A DNA stretch of 64,000 bases from Ktedonobacterales bacterium (GTDB lineage: Bacteria; Chloroflexota; Ktedonobacteria; Ktedonobacterales; JADMIN01), in NCBI GenBank assembly GCA_025935195.1, contig JAICVS010000001.1:44518-108517 (forward strand), read 5' to 3'. A program made the position numbers and the translations under genes. Under the pieces are notes generated by a model. That model was not told where the DNA came from, searched no databases, and saw nothing but the letters and a program-made list of their open reading frames with translations. Positions 54,254-62,137 of the stretch are shown one piece after another. Positions within the stretch are counted from its first letter, which is position 1. Each line of letters opens with the position of its first letter.

Positions 54254-55405
54254 TTAGCGGATCGCCTGGCGGCGGCGCTTGGGCCGCGCCCAGAGCCAGA
54301 CGGCGCCGAAGATCAGCCAGATCAGCGCGAGTGTCAACACGACTTGCGGCGTCCCCAGCGGCAGGTGCGGCAGCGCGTTCGACACGGGGTGGGCCGGCTG
54401 GGCGCGATCCACCACGGCCATTGGGGGGGTGCCGAACGGCGCGAGGCGCATGATCCCCTGGGGGCTGACGCCGAGGTCGTAGTGGACGGTCTCTTCTTTC
54501 GCGTCCAGGCTCAGGTAGGTCAGCCAACTGCCGCGCCAGACCCAACCCATGTTGCGGTCGGTCGAGAGGTCGTGGAAGAGCGTCTCATTCACCGGCTCCT
54601 GGAAGGCGACGCGGAAGCCCGGCGCTCCCGGCAGCTCGGTGCCGACCGCGGATTGGCCGACGACCGCGCCCACGTCGCTGGTGTTGAGGGCCATGTCGGT
54701 GAGCAGGTAGATGTCGGCATGCACGTCCTGCCCGTCCACGGCCAGCACGTCCAGCGGCACCCAGGGATGGGGCGTGCGCATGGTGATCAGCACAGGGGCG
54801 CCGTCGCCCTGGATTTGGCGCCGCGCCCGCGCGGCGGCCGTGTCGTACTTGGCGGCGAGGAAGATCGGGCTGCCCTTGGCGTACGTGAGCAGGTGGCCGC
54901 GCGTCTCGTCGTTGAGCGCGAAGCCGTTCTGGGTACACCAGTCGAGCACGGCCTGGCCGCTGCCGCGCAGCACGGTGATGTTGAGCGCCTCGACTTTCAC
55001 CTGTTGCAAGACCTCGGCTGAATCCGCCGCGCCGGCCGCTGGCGCGGCGCTCTCGAAGATGGCGTTCTTGGGCAGCGGATGTGTCTCGCGGAAGAGGCGC
55101 TGCAAGGACCACGCGCCGCCTTCTTCGATCTTGTCCGGCACGGCGGGCAGCGGCACGATCCAGCCCAGGTTGGCGACATCGCCCTGGTAGGTGAAGCTGG
55201 TCAGGTAGTGCTCGACGCCGTCGTGCCAGGCGACGAGCGTGGTCGCGCGCGAGAGACGGACCGCGCCGTTGGGCGCGACCAGCCCACCACAGGCGAGCGC
55301 CGTCTGTGCCTGCGCGATGAAGAGCGCGAACGCCACGGCCAGCGGCCCCAGCCATTTGAGATGCTTCAGATGTCGCGGATGTCCGCTCAACAACAGTCTG
55401 CCCAT
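54254..55405 (-). CDS. DUF2330-like secreted/membrane protein
   Basis: A signal peptide is followed by ACGGLVAPNGAVRLSRATTLVAWHDGVEHYL, and there is a C-terminal TM segment. Family recalled from memory. Confidence 0.7.
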   Translation of the reverse strand: MGRLLLSGHPRHLKHLKWLGPLAVAFALFIAQAQTALACGGLVAPNGAVRLSRATTLVAWHDGVEHYLTSFTYQGDVANLGWIVPLPAVPDKIEEGGAWSLQRLFRETHPLPKNAIFESAAPAAGAADSAEVLQQVKVEALNITVLRGSGQAVLDWCTQNGFALNDETRGHLLTYAKGSPIFLAAKYDTAAARARRQIQGDGAPVLITMRTPHPWVPLDVLAVDGQDVHADIYLLTDMALNTSDVGAVVGQSAVGTELPGAPGFRVAFQEPVNETLFHDLSTDRNMGWVWRGSWLTYLSLDAKEETVHYDLGVSPQGIMRLAPFGTPPMAVVDRAQPAHPVSNALPHLPLGTPQVVLTLALIWLIFGAVWLWARPKRRRQAIR

Positions 55406-55505
55406 TGTGGATGCTCCTCTCTCCGCGCTCGCGGAGTCTCCCCGCACAGGATCGGCGCCTCATCGTTGCTTTCCACGACGCCGGCCATTGCGGGAAAGTT
55501 CCGCT

Positions 55506-55625
55506 GGAGAGACGAGAACCAACACAGAGGAACGGAGGAAGCGGTGGGTCACGGAGGGGAGAGGGAGAGCTGTGACGGGCGACCGTCGCGCGGAGAGAGG
55601 GAGGGGATAGAGAGACGGGGGAGTG
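55506..55625 (+). repeat. Repeat family D, copy 8 (long variant)
   Basis: GGAGAGACGAGAACCAACACAGAGGAACGGAGGAAGCGGTGGGTCACGGAGGGGAGAGGGAGAG...GGAGAGAGGGAGGGGATAGAGAGACGGGGGAG. Confidence 0.65.
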
Positions 55626-55709
55626 GTATGGTGGCGAGCGAGACACATCAGGCGATGGAGCATAGAAGTCGGAACGCTGCTGCATAGGCACGGGAATGGG
55701 TGGGACGGT

Positions 55710-56228
55710 ATGGAGAACGCGGGTATCATCTCGCTGCGCGAGGTGACGCGGGAGAACTGGCGGGCGACGCTGCGGCTGGCGGTTCACCCTGATCAGCGGC
55801 GTTTCGTGGCCGGTGACGACGCGCCTATCACGGCGATTGCGCTCATCAAGGCGTACGTGCGCACGGGCGGGGTGAGCTGGGCGCCTTACGTGATCGTGGC
55901 GGGCGCGGGGGAGACGGAGAAGATGGTCGGCTTTGTGGCGCTGGCCTACGAGCCGGAGAGCGCGGATGAGTATTGGGTGTTCCACTTCTTCATTGACCGG
56001 CGCTACCAGAGGCGCGGGTATGGCGCGGCGGCGCTGGTGCGGTTGATCGAGCTGGTCAGGCGCGAGCAGCCACGGGCGCGGATGCTGCGATTGGTGGTGC
56101 ATCCAGAGAATCAGCCGGCGCATCGGCTCTACACGCGCGCCGGTTTTCGCGCGACTGGCACCGAGCGGTGGGGCGAGCCGGTCTATCAGTTGACGCTACA
56201 CGCGGACGAGACGAGTGCAAAAGAGTGA
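55710..56228 (+). CDS. GNAT family N-acetyltransferase
   Basis: Acetyl-CoA binding segment FFIDRRYQRRGYGAAAL and ...NQPAHRLYTRAGFRATG. Confidence 0.85.
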   Translation: MENAGIISLREVTRENWRATLRLAVHPDQRRFVAGDDAPITAIALIKAYVRTGGVSWAPYVIVAGAGETEKMVGFVALAYEPESADEYWVFHFFIDRRYQRRGYGAAALVRLIELVRREQPRARMLRLVVHPENQPAHRLYTRAGFRATGTERWGEPVYQLTLHADETSAKE

Positions 56229-56242
56229 AACTACTTTGTGGC

Positions 56243-56329
56243 GAGGTGGTTCGTTCGTTGGCCTCCCAGCATGAATGCCGGGGGTAATCCTGGTCTCATA
56301 GCGGTCACGGTAATGACAACAACCAGAGC
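56243..56329 (-). repeat. Repeat family B, copy 3 (reverse)
   Basis: The reverse complement reads GCTCTGGTTGTTGTCATTACCGTGACCGCTATGAGACCAGGATTACCCCCGGCATTCATGCTGGGAGGCCAACGAACGAACC. Confidence 0.7.
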
Positions 56330-56359
56330 AAATCCGCGTGAAACCTCGCCTGGGAGCGA

Positions 56360-57580
56360 TCACGACGATGCGGCGTCATCGGCGGGGCGCAGGCGGTGGG
56401 CGGCAGCCGCGGCACGCCGCGCCCACCAGTGGACGCGCTGCTGTGCGCGCCGCCGTGCCGCTCCCGGCGGGGCGTCATGCGCCGCACGGCCGAGCGCCTC
56501 GCCGCAGGTCAGGGCGGTGCGCAGGTAGGCGGCGTCTACGAACACGCGCCAGGTCTGGGGGGCAAGTTGGATGCGCCGGGCGGATAGGTGTCGTGCCAGT
56601 CGCGCGCGGTAGGCCGCGAGCACGCGCGGCGGAGAGAGGGCGTGCCACGTGCCGCAGAGCCAGAGGGGGTCATAGGGGGCGGGCCCGGGCGCCGCGAGCG
56701 CCCAATCCAGGAGCAGCACACGTCTTCCTCGCTGGGGGGCGATGCGCGTTGGCGGGAGAAAGCCCAGGTTCGGCCCCCAGACGTCGCCGTGCAGCAGCGT
56801 GCGCGGCAGGCGCGTGATGGCCGCCAGCCACGGCTCCGGCGCGCGCAGCACTGCCCGCAATGTCTCGGCGTCATTCGATGAGGCCAGGCGAAAGAAGGCG
56901 TCCCATCCCGCCATTGCCAGTGGCAGATAGGGATTCGTGTCGCCGCTCGTTTCGATGCGGGCGCGGATGGTGTCGGGCGCCGCGAGCAGCAGGGCTGCCA
57001 CGGGCGGCGTCAGGCCCAGCGCCGGATCGTCCAGCCGGGCATCTTCCCAGAAGCGCGCGTGCGTGCGAGCCATTCCATCCACTATGCCCAGCACGGACGG
57101 GGGCAGTTGGCCTGGCGGGGTTCGCGTTGGGTCGCGGAGGAGCCAGCTAGACACGTCGCGCATGAGCAGCACGGCCGCCCGCGCCGGTGTGTCATGGTCA
57201 CGCTCCGCCGCCGCCAGCACGGCCGTCGCCACCGTGTGGGGCAGGTCCGCCAGCACGCCGCTCGCCCACAGCCGCGCCTCGCGCATCGCCGTGTCACGCG
57301 AGGCCGCGCCCAGCCAGCCACGCTCCGGCGCCAGCCACTTCACCACGCGCTGGCGGTAGGCGGCCGCCGCGCCCGGCGCCTCAGATCGCAACGTCAGGCG
57401 CTGGATGTGCGCGCCGGACAGCCCGCCATCCAGCTCCGCGACGCTGGCGATCTCGTGCGGCTCTACGCCCAACGCGCGCAGCAGCTCGTCACGGCCGGGC
57501 GGCGCCGGTGGCGATAGGGGAGCCGCTACCAACTTCGTCTCCTCTTCTCGCGCGCCGGCTTTGCGCGTCCTCTCGCCCAT
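56360..57580 (-). CDS. Phosphotransferase (aminoglycoside/choline kinase-like, APH fold)
   Basis: Catalytic-loop-like LLHGDVWGPNLGF and LLDWALAAPGPAPYD. Confidence 0.7.
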   Translation of the reverse strand: MGERTRKAGAREEETKLVAAPLSPPAPPGRDELLRALGVEPHEIASVAELDGGLSGAHIQRLTLRSEAPGAAAAYRQRVVKWLAPERGWLGAASRDTAMREARLWASGVLADLPHTVATAVLAAAERDHDTPARAAVLLMRDVSSWLLRDPTRTPPGQLPPSVLGIVDGMARTHARFWEDARLDDPALGLTPPVAALLLAAPDTIRARIETSGDTNPYLPLAMAGWDAFFRLASSNDAETLRAVLRAPEPWLAAITRLPRTLLHGDVWGPNLGFLPPTRIAPQRGRRVLLLDWALAAPGPAPYDPLWLCGTWHALSPPRVLAAYRARLARHLSARRIQLAPQTWRVFVDAAYLRTALTCGEALGRAAHDAPPGAARRRAQQRVHWWARRAAAAAHRLRPADDAASS

Positions 57581-57589
57581 CCGCGCGCC

Positions 57590-58297
57590 CTATCTATCGG
57601 CGTCGCTGTCGCAGTGGGAGCTGGGCGAGCCGGTCAGATGGTCGTCAGCATCGCCATCACCATCGCATGAGCCATTGCCCAACTGGAAATTGTGGAAGAC
57701 GATGGGATCGATCTGGGTTCCGGCGAAGGTGCCGCCGGCGGGATAGGTGGCGGTCTTGCCGTCGGGGTAGACGTTGGTCGTGGTGCCGATTACAGTGCCG
57801 TCCGCACCGAGGGTGAAAGTGGCGCTCTCGGCGCGGCAGGCGCTGCCTCCATTACAGGGGACGAAGCCGGTGAAGGCGGTCGCGCCGGATGGGTTCTCCT
57901 GGAAACCGTCGGCCGCGTTGAAGGTCGGGGTCTCCTGGATGGTATAGGTGACGGTCCCAGACGTGGGCGCTGTCACGATCCAGCTCAGACAGCCAACGGG
58001 AACGGTCTGGCAGTTGCCTCGCTGCGTGGGGCAGGTGCCGCCATGCACCACGGTGACTCGTTTGGTGCCGGAGCCGGGGCCGGCGGCGATCCGCGAGCCG
58101 TCGGGCGCGACTAAGGTAAAGCTCGCACCTGGAAGCCCTTGCCGGCACGAGTCCATAACCTGCACCCAGATCGTCGTCTGCGTGCCGTCGGCACGCGCGG
58201 TGGCCGGGCCTATCGAAAGTGAGAGGGCAGCGAGCGCGGCCAGCGCCAGCGGCCAGTGTCGAGCATGCGCGGACCTGAGCAGGTTTCTGGCGCGCAT
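57590..58297 (-). CDS. Hypothetical secreted protein
   Basis: Signal peptide MRARNLLRSAHARHWPLALAALAALSLSIGPATARA, followed by a Cys-containing beta-rich region. It ends 9 nt before the next gene's start. Confidence 0.55.
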   Translation of the reverse strand: MRARNLLRSAHARHWPLALAALAALSLSIGPATARADGTQTTIWVQVMDSCRQGLPGASFTLVAPDGSRIAAGPGSGTKRVTVVHGGTCPTQRGNCQTVPVGCLSWIVTAPTSGTVTYTIQETPTFNAADGFQENPSGATAFTGFVPCNGGSACRAESATFTLGADGTVIGTTTNVYPDGKTATYPAGGTFAGTQIDPIVFHNFQLGNGSCDGDGDADDHLTGSPSSHCDSDADR

Positions 58298-58711
58298 GCT
58301 GGGAATCCGGGGGATTCGGGAACGGATGCGGAATGAGACGCTACGAGGCGCGACGAATGACTCTAGAGCACGCATGGAGATCCACCCCTATCTCTCTTGA
58401 TCGCTCTCTCCCTACCTCTGACGACTATACGAGCTGTGACCGCTGTCGCGGCGCCTCCTGGAATAGGCTCACCAGGAGACATCGTTGCGGCGCTGACATC
58501 GGGTGGTTGCCTGAGTGGTTGTCTGTGCGAAGGGTAGCCGAATTTTATGATCACTGGCAACAGGAGAAATGAGTATTTTGGAGCGCCATCAGAAATGAGT
58601 AGGCAATATGGCGGGGCGGGGCGCGGCGTATGGGTGGGAAGCTGAGAATTTGCGGAGAGTTTACCGCATCTCATGCTATTTCAATGGTCCATCAGGTATG
58701 CTCTGGGCGAG

Positions 58712-59827
58712 ATGACGACCAGCCAGGGGAGGGTGACGGGCATGCCGCGAACGCTCTGGGACAAGTTCGACCGCGACTGGGGCTGGAACCTGTCGCGCCT
58801 GCTCGCCTACACCTGCATACAGATGCTCTTCGCCGCCGTCGGCTTCGACCTGATCCTGTGCGCGCTCGTCCTGCATGTACTCGCCCCCGCCTCGGAGCAG
58901 GGCGTGGTCGCGCAGATGCTGCGGGTGCTGCCGGATCACGTGACCACTTCCGCCGTCTCGGCGTTCGAGCGCGGCCTGCGCCACGCGCCGCTCTGGCTGC
59001 TGATCGCGGGCCTGCCCGTCACGCTCTGGTATGGCACGCGCTTCTTCGTCGTGCTCGAAAGCGTGCTGGCCGTCGTCTTTCGCCGGCGCCAGCGCGGCTT
59101 CCTGCGGCAGAACCGCGTCGCGTTCGCGATGTTCCCGCTGGTCGGGCTGCTGCTGCCGGTGATCGTGCTGGCCGCGGCTGTGCAGCCGCACCTCGACACG
59201 GTCGCGGATGCCCTCACCGCGCCCGCCCGCGCCGTTGCCGCCTCCACCGCGGGGCCGCAGTGGAATGTGCTCGCGCGGCTGAGCGGCGATCCGACCATCG
59301 TCTTTTTCAGCATCGCCGCCAGTCTGGCCGCCAACTTTTTGCTGTTGCTGCTCAGCTATACGCTGGTGACGCCGGGGCGTGTCTCGGCGCGCGCCGCCTG
59401 GCCCGGCGCGCTGGCCGGCGCCATCCTCGCGCAGATCTATCTGCTGATCTTCCCGCTCTACGCCCGCACGGTGCTCCACCCCGACCAGTTCGGCACCATC
59501 GCTGGCTTCGCGCTGGTCATCCTGGTCTTCTTCTTCGCGTACTCGCTGTTCATCGTGCTCGGCGCGGAGATCGCCTCGCGCCGCGCCGGCTACGCGCCCG
59601 CCGCCCATGATGTCGCGCGCACCCTCGCCGACGCGCACGAAGCGGGTGATAGCGCCACATCCGGCGCTGTCACCCGCCCGCTCTCTCCCATCCCTTTCCG
59701 CCCCATCCCCTGGCCGCGCTCGCGCTTGCGCCCACAGTCGCGGCCACGCACGCGCATCTCGCATCTGCCCGCGCCGGAGCTTGACACCGCCTGGCCGCGT
59801 CCCAATGGCGAGGCGACGCGCGCATAG
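58712..59827 (+). CDS. YihY/BrkB family membrane protein
   Basis: WDKFDRDWGWNLSRLLAYTCIQMLF, multiple TM segments, and ...YSLFIVLGAEIAS. The start is uncertain (58673, 58712 or 58742). Confidence 0.75.
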   Translation: MTTSQGRVTGMPRTLWDKFDRDWGWNLSRLLAYTCIQMLFAAVGFDLILCALVLHVLAPASEQGVVAQMLRVLPDHVTTSAVSAFERGLRHAPLWLLIAGLPVTLWYGTRFFVVLESVLAVVFRRRQRGFLRQNRVAFAMFPLVGLLLPVIVLAAAVQPHLDTVADALTAPARAVAASTAGPQWNVLARLSGDPTIVFFSIAASLAANFLLLLLSYTLVTPGRVSARAAWPGALAGAILAQIYLLIFPLYARTVLHPDQFGTIAGFALVILVFFFAYSLFIVLGAEIASRRAGYAPAAHDVARTLADAHEAGDSATSGAVTRPLSPIPFRPIPWPRSRLRPQSRPRTRISHLPAPELDTAWPRPNGEATRA

Positions 59828-59892
59828 GGGCGCATAGGGTTCCTCCCCCCCGCGGCCCTCGCCGCGCGCGGCGAGGGGGTGCCTGAGAAGCA

Positions 59893-60297
59893 TCAGTCGC
59901 GAGCGCGCGCCTCCTGGACCGCCCAGGCGTTGCCGTCGGGATCGCTAAAGAAGATGAACGAGTTCCAGGCTTCGCCGCGTCCGTCAACCGCGACACCGTC
60001 TTCGAAGTGCTGGACCGGGCTGACCTCGACGCCGCGCTCGACCAGCTCGGCGTGGGCGGCCTCGATGTCGTGTACGACGAGCTGCAAGCCCTTCAGCGAT
60101 CCCGGCGGCATCGAAGGAAGTCCGGTGCCGATGGTGATCGAGCAGGCCGAGCCGGGGGGCGTCATCTGCACGACACGGAACTTTTCGTTCGGCCGGTGGT
60201 CAACGTCCACGACGAAGCCGACCCGCTCGCTGTAGAAACGCTTCGCCCGGTCTACGTCGGAGACGGGAACCACCACTACTTCGAGCTTCCAATCCAT
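59893..60297 (-). CDS. VOC family (glyoxalase/bleomycin-resistance fold) protein
   Basis: MDWKLEVVVVPVSDVDRAKRFYSERVGF...FFSDPDGNAWAVQE. Confidence 0.85.
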   Translation of the reverse strand: MDWKLEVVVVPVSDVDRAKRFYSERVGFVVDVDHRPNEKFRVVQMTPPGSACSITIGTGLPSMPPGSLKGLQLVVHDIEAAHAELVERGVEVSPVQHFEDGVAVDGRGEAWNSFIFFSDPDGNAWAVQEARARD

Positions 60298-60343
60298 CAG
60301 GTATCGTCCTTTCGTACGGTGTGATCCAATCTTCGCGGATACG

Positions 60344-60898
60344 CTAGAGGCGCCAGCGAGTCGCACCATACGGCTCGGCGGTGCCCAAAGCAAACACGGT
60401 CTCTGGCGTGAATGCATAGACCTCCCACGGAGGCGGCCCGGCGCTCGGAGCGCTGTAGTCGGCGGTGAGCGAGGCTCCGCTCTCGCCAACCGAGGCCGGC
60501 CAGCCATCCGCCCGGAACGCCTCGGCGACACGCGCGACCCTGGCCGGATCGCTCACTTTGACGGCATCGCCTTCCAGGACGAGGTCGAAGTCGTGGGTGG
60601 CGACGGTGAAGACACAGTGCGGGCTGTGCGCGAGGTTCCGCGCTTTGCGGGTGGCCGCGCCGGCGGTGAAGTAGAAGGTGTCATCCATCAAGAGGACGCC
60701 CACCGGCATGACGTGCGGCCTGCCGTCCGGTCGCACCGTCGCCAGCCAGCAGGTGTGCCGATCGGGTCCGCCCGCTCCCGGCTCCTGCGGAATGCTCCGG
60801 CTCAGCACGTCGCGCACCTTCTCCCAGGGGATCGTGGGCGCACCATAACGGTCAAGATTCCGCTCAGATGTTGGCTCCCTATGGGTCGTTGCCATCAT
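60344..60898 (-). CDS. Pyridoxamine 5'-phosphate oxidase family protein
   Basis: CWLATVRPDGRPHVMPVGVLLMDDTFYFTAGAATRKARNL. RBS GGAGGG. Confidence 0.8.
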   Translation of the reverse strand: MMATTHREPTSERNLDRYGAPTIPWEKVRDVLSRSIPQEPGAGGPDRHTCWLATVRPDGRPHVMPVGVLLMDDTFYFTAGAATRKARNLAHSPHCVFTVATHDFDLVLEGDAVKVSDPARVARVAEAFRADGWPASVGESGASLTADYSAPSAGPPPWEVYAFTPETVFALGTAEPYGATRWRL

Positions 60899-60906
60899 GT
60901 CCCTCC

Positions 60907-60936
60907 TGTTGGTTCATGTTGGTTCATGTTGGTTCA
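60907..60936. repeat. Perfect tandem 10-mer x3 (TGTTGGTTCA)
   Basis: Seen directly. It lies in the 45-nt spacer between the SRPBCC stop and the PNPOx-family start, immediately 5' of the RBS on the minus strand. Confidence 0.9.
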
Positions 60937-60943
60937 CCTGCCG

Positions 60944-61435
60944 TCAACTCGCCGCGGCCAGCCGGGCAAGCAGCTCGTCCAGTCGCTCCATCCCCTCGTT
61001 GACGCCGCTCTCCATGCCGGATTGGATCATCGCGTCACGGTCCTCGACCGACTGAAAGACGGCGTTGGTGCGCACGAGGGTTTTGCCGTCGCGCTCCTCG
61101 AAGGTGGCCGTCTCCAGCGAGACGTGGCCCGGCGCGCCCTCGTACTCGAAGGTGCGGACCATGTTGTCCGGAGACGGCGTACCGTGAAAGACACCGTGGA
61201 ACCCGGCTTCGGTGCCGTCGCTGTCGCGGTGGATGTAGCGCCAGGTGCCGCCGTCACGGACGTCGAGGCGCTCGACGGTCAGCGTGAGCCGGCGCGGCCC
61301 GAGCCATTGCACGAGCAGCTCCGGATCGGTGTAGGCGCGGTAGACCAGGTCGCGCGGCGCGGCGAATGCGCGGGTGATGACGATCCGCTGCACTCCGGGG
61401 TCCGCGATGATCTGTGTCTTCGCCGTCGTTGCCAT
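60944..61435 (-). CDS. SRPBCC (AHSA1/START-like) domain protein
   Basis: VITRAFAAPRDLVYRAYTDPELLVQWLGP...GTWRY. This is the typical partner of ArsR-family regulators. Confidence 0.85.
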   Translation of the reverse strand: MATTAKTQIIADPGVQRIVITRAFAAPRDLVYRAYTDPELLVQWLGPRRLTLTVERLDVRDGGTWRYIHRDSDGTEAGFHGVFHGTPSPDNMVRTFEYEGAPGHVSLETATFEERDGKTLVRTNAVFQSVEDRDAMIQSGMESGVNEGMERLDELLARLAAAS

Positions 61436-61482
61436 GCTGTGTTCCTTTCCTGAGGAATCGCCGATGGCCGGCCGTGACGCGC

Positions 61483-61854
61483 TCAACCGGTCCGCTCGTC
61501 TTCCTCATCCGGCTCGTCCGGCTCGTCCCGTTTGTCTTGCAGTTCCGCGAGCAGGGCGTCGAGCCGGTCATAACTCTCATCCCAGTACGCGCGGTAGCGG
61601 GCCAGCCACGCGGTCGCCTCGCGGAGCGGCTGCGCTTCGAGATGGCTGAGGCGGGCGGTGGCGCGGCGGCGGCGCGAGATCAGGCCGGCGCGCTCAAGCA
61701 CCTTGAGGTGGCGGGAGATGGCTGGCTGCGACATCTCGAAGGGAGTGGCAAGCTCCGCGACGTTCGCGTCACCTTCGGCCAATCGCGCAAGGATCGCGCG
61801 GCGTGTGGGATCGGCGAGCGCGCCGAACACGGCGCTAAGCTGGTCAGCAGCCAT
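61483..61854 (-). CDS. ArsR/SmtB family transcriptional regulator
   Basis: FGALADPTRRAILARLAEGDANVAELATPFEMSQPAISRHLKVLERAGLI. Confidence 0.9.
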   Translation of the reverse strand: MAADQLSAVFGALADPTRRAILARLAEGDANVAELATPFEMSQPAISRHLKVLERAGLISRRRRATARLSHLEAQPLREATAWLARYRAYWDESYDRLDALLAELQDKRDEPDEPDEEDERTG

Positions 61855-61879
61855 TCATAACCACCTCATTTCATAACTG

Positions 61880-61890
61880 ATATATTATAT
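61880..61890. promoter_or_regulatory. AT-only palindrome ATATA-T-TATAT upstream of the ArsR-family gene (candidate operator or -10 region)
   Basis: A perfect 11-nt palindrome 26 nt upstream of the regulator's start codon. It stands out in a GC-rich genome. Confidence 0.3.
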
Positions 61891-61904
61891 ACTACCCGAT
61901 GTGC

Positions 61905-62010
61905 GCGGCGCTGTCAAGTCAAGCAGATCGGTGATTGCAATCGCGCCTGGATGGCCCGCGCCCGCGACGTCCACCGTCGCGGACTGAGATGCGCGTGTTC
62001 CCAGGCCAAT
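61905..62010 (-). repeat. Repeat family A, copy 3 (reverse, partial)
   Basis: The reverse complement reads ...GCATCTCAGTCCG...GGGCCATCCAGGCGCGATTGCAATCACCGAT..., matching the cores of copies 1 and 2. Confidence 0.6.
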
Positions 62011-62137
62011 GCGTTACAAGCTCGGCCGCCGCCGCGCCGCGCCTTGCCGCTTCCCGCATGCACTGCGATAATGAGCGAACGGGCCGCGCGATCCCTCTGG
62101 TCTCCTCGTCGCGGCGTTGCACGGAGGAAGAGCGCGC

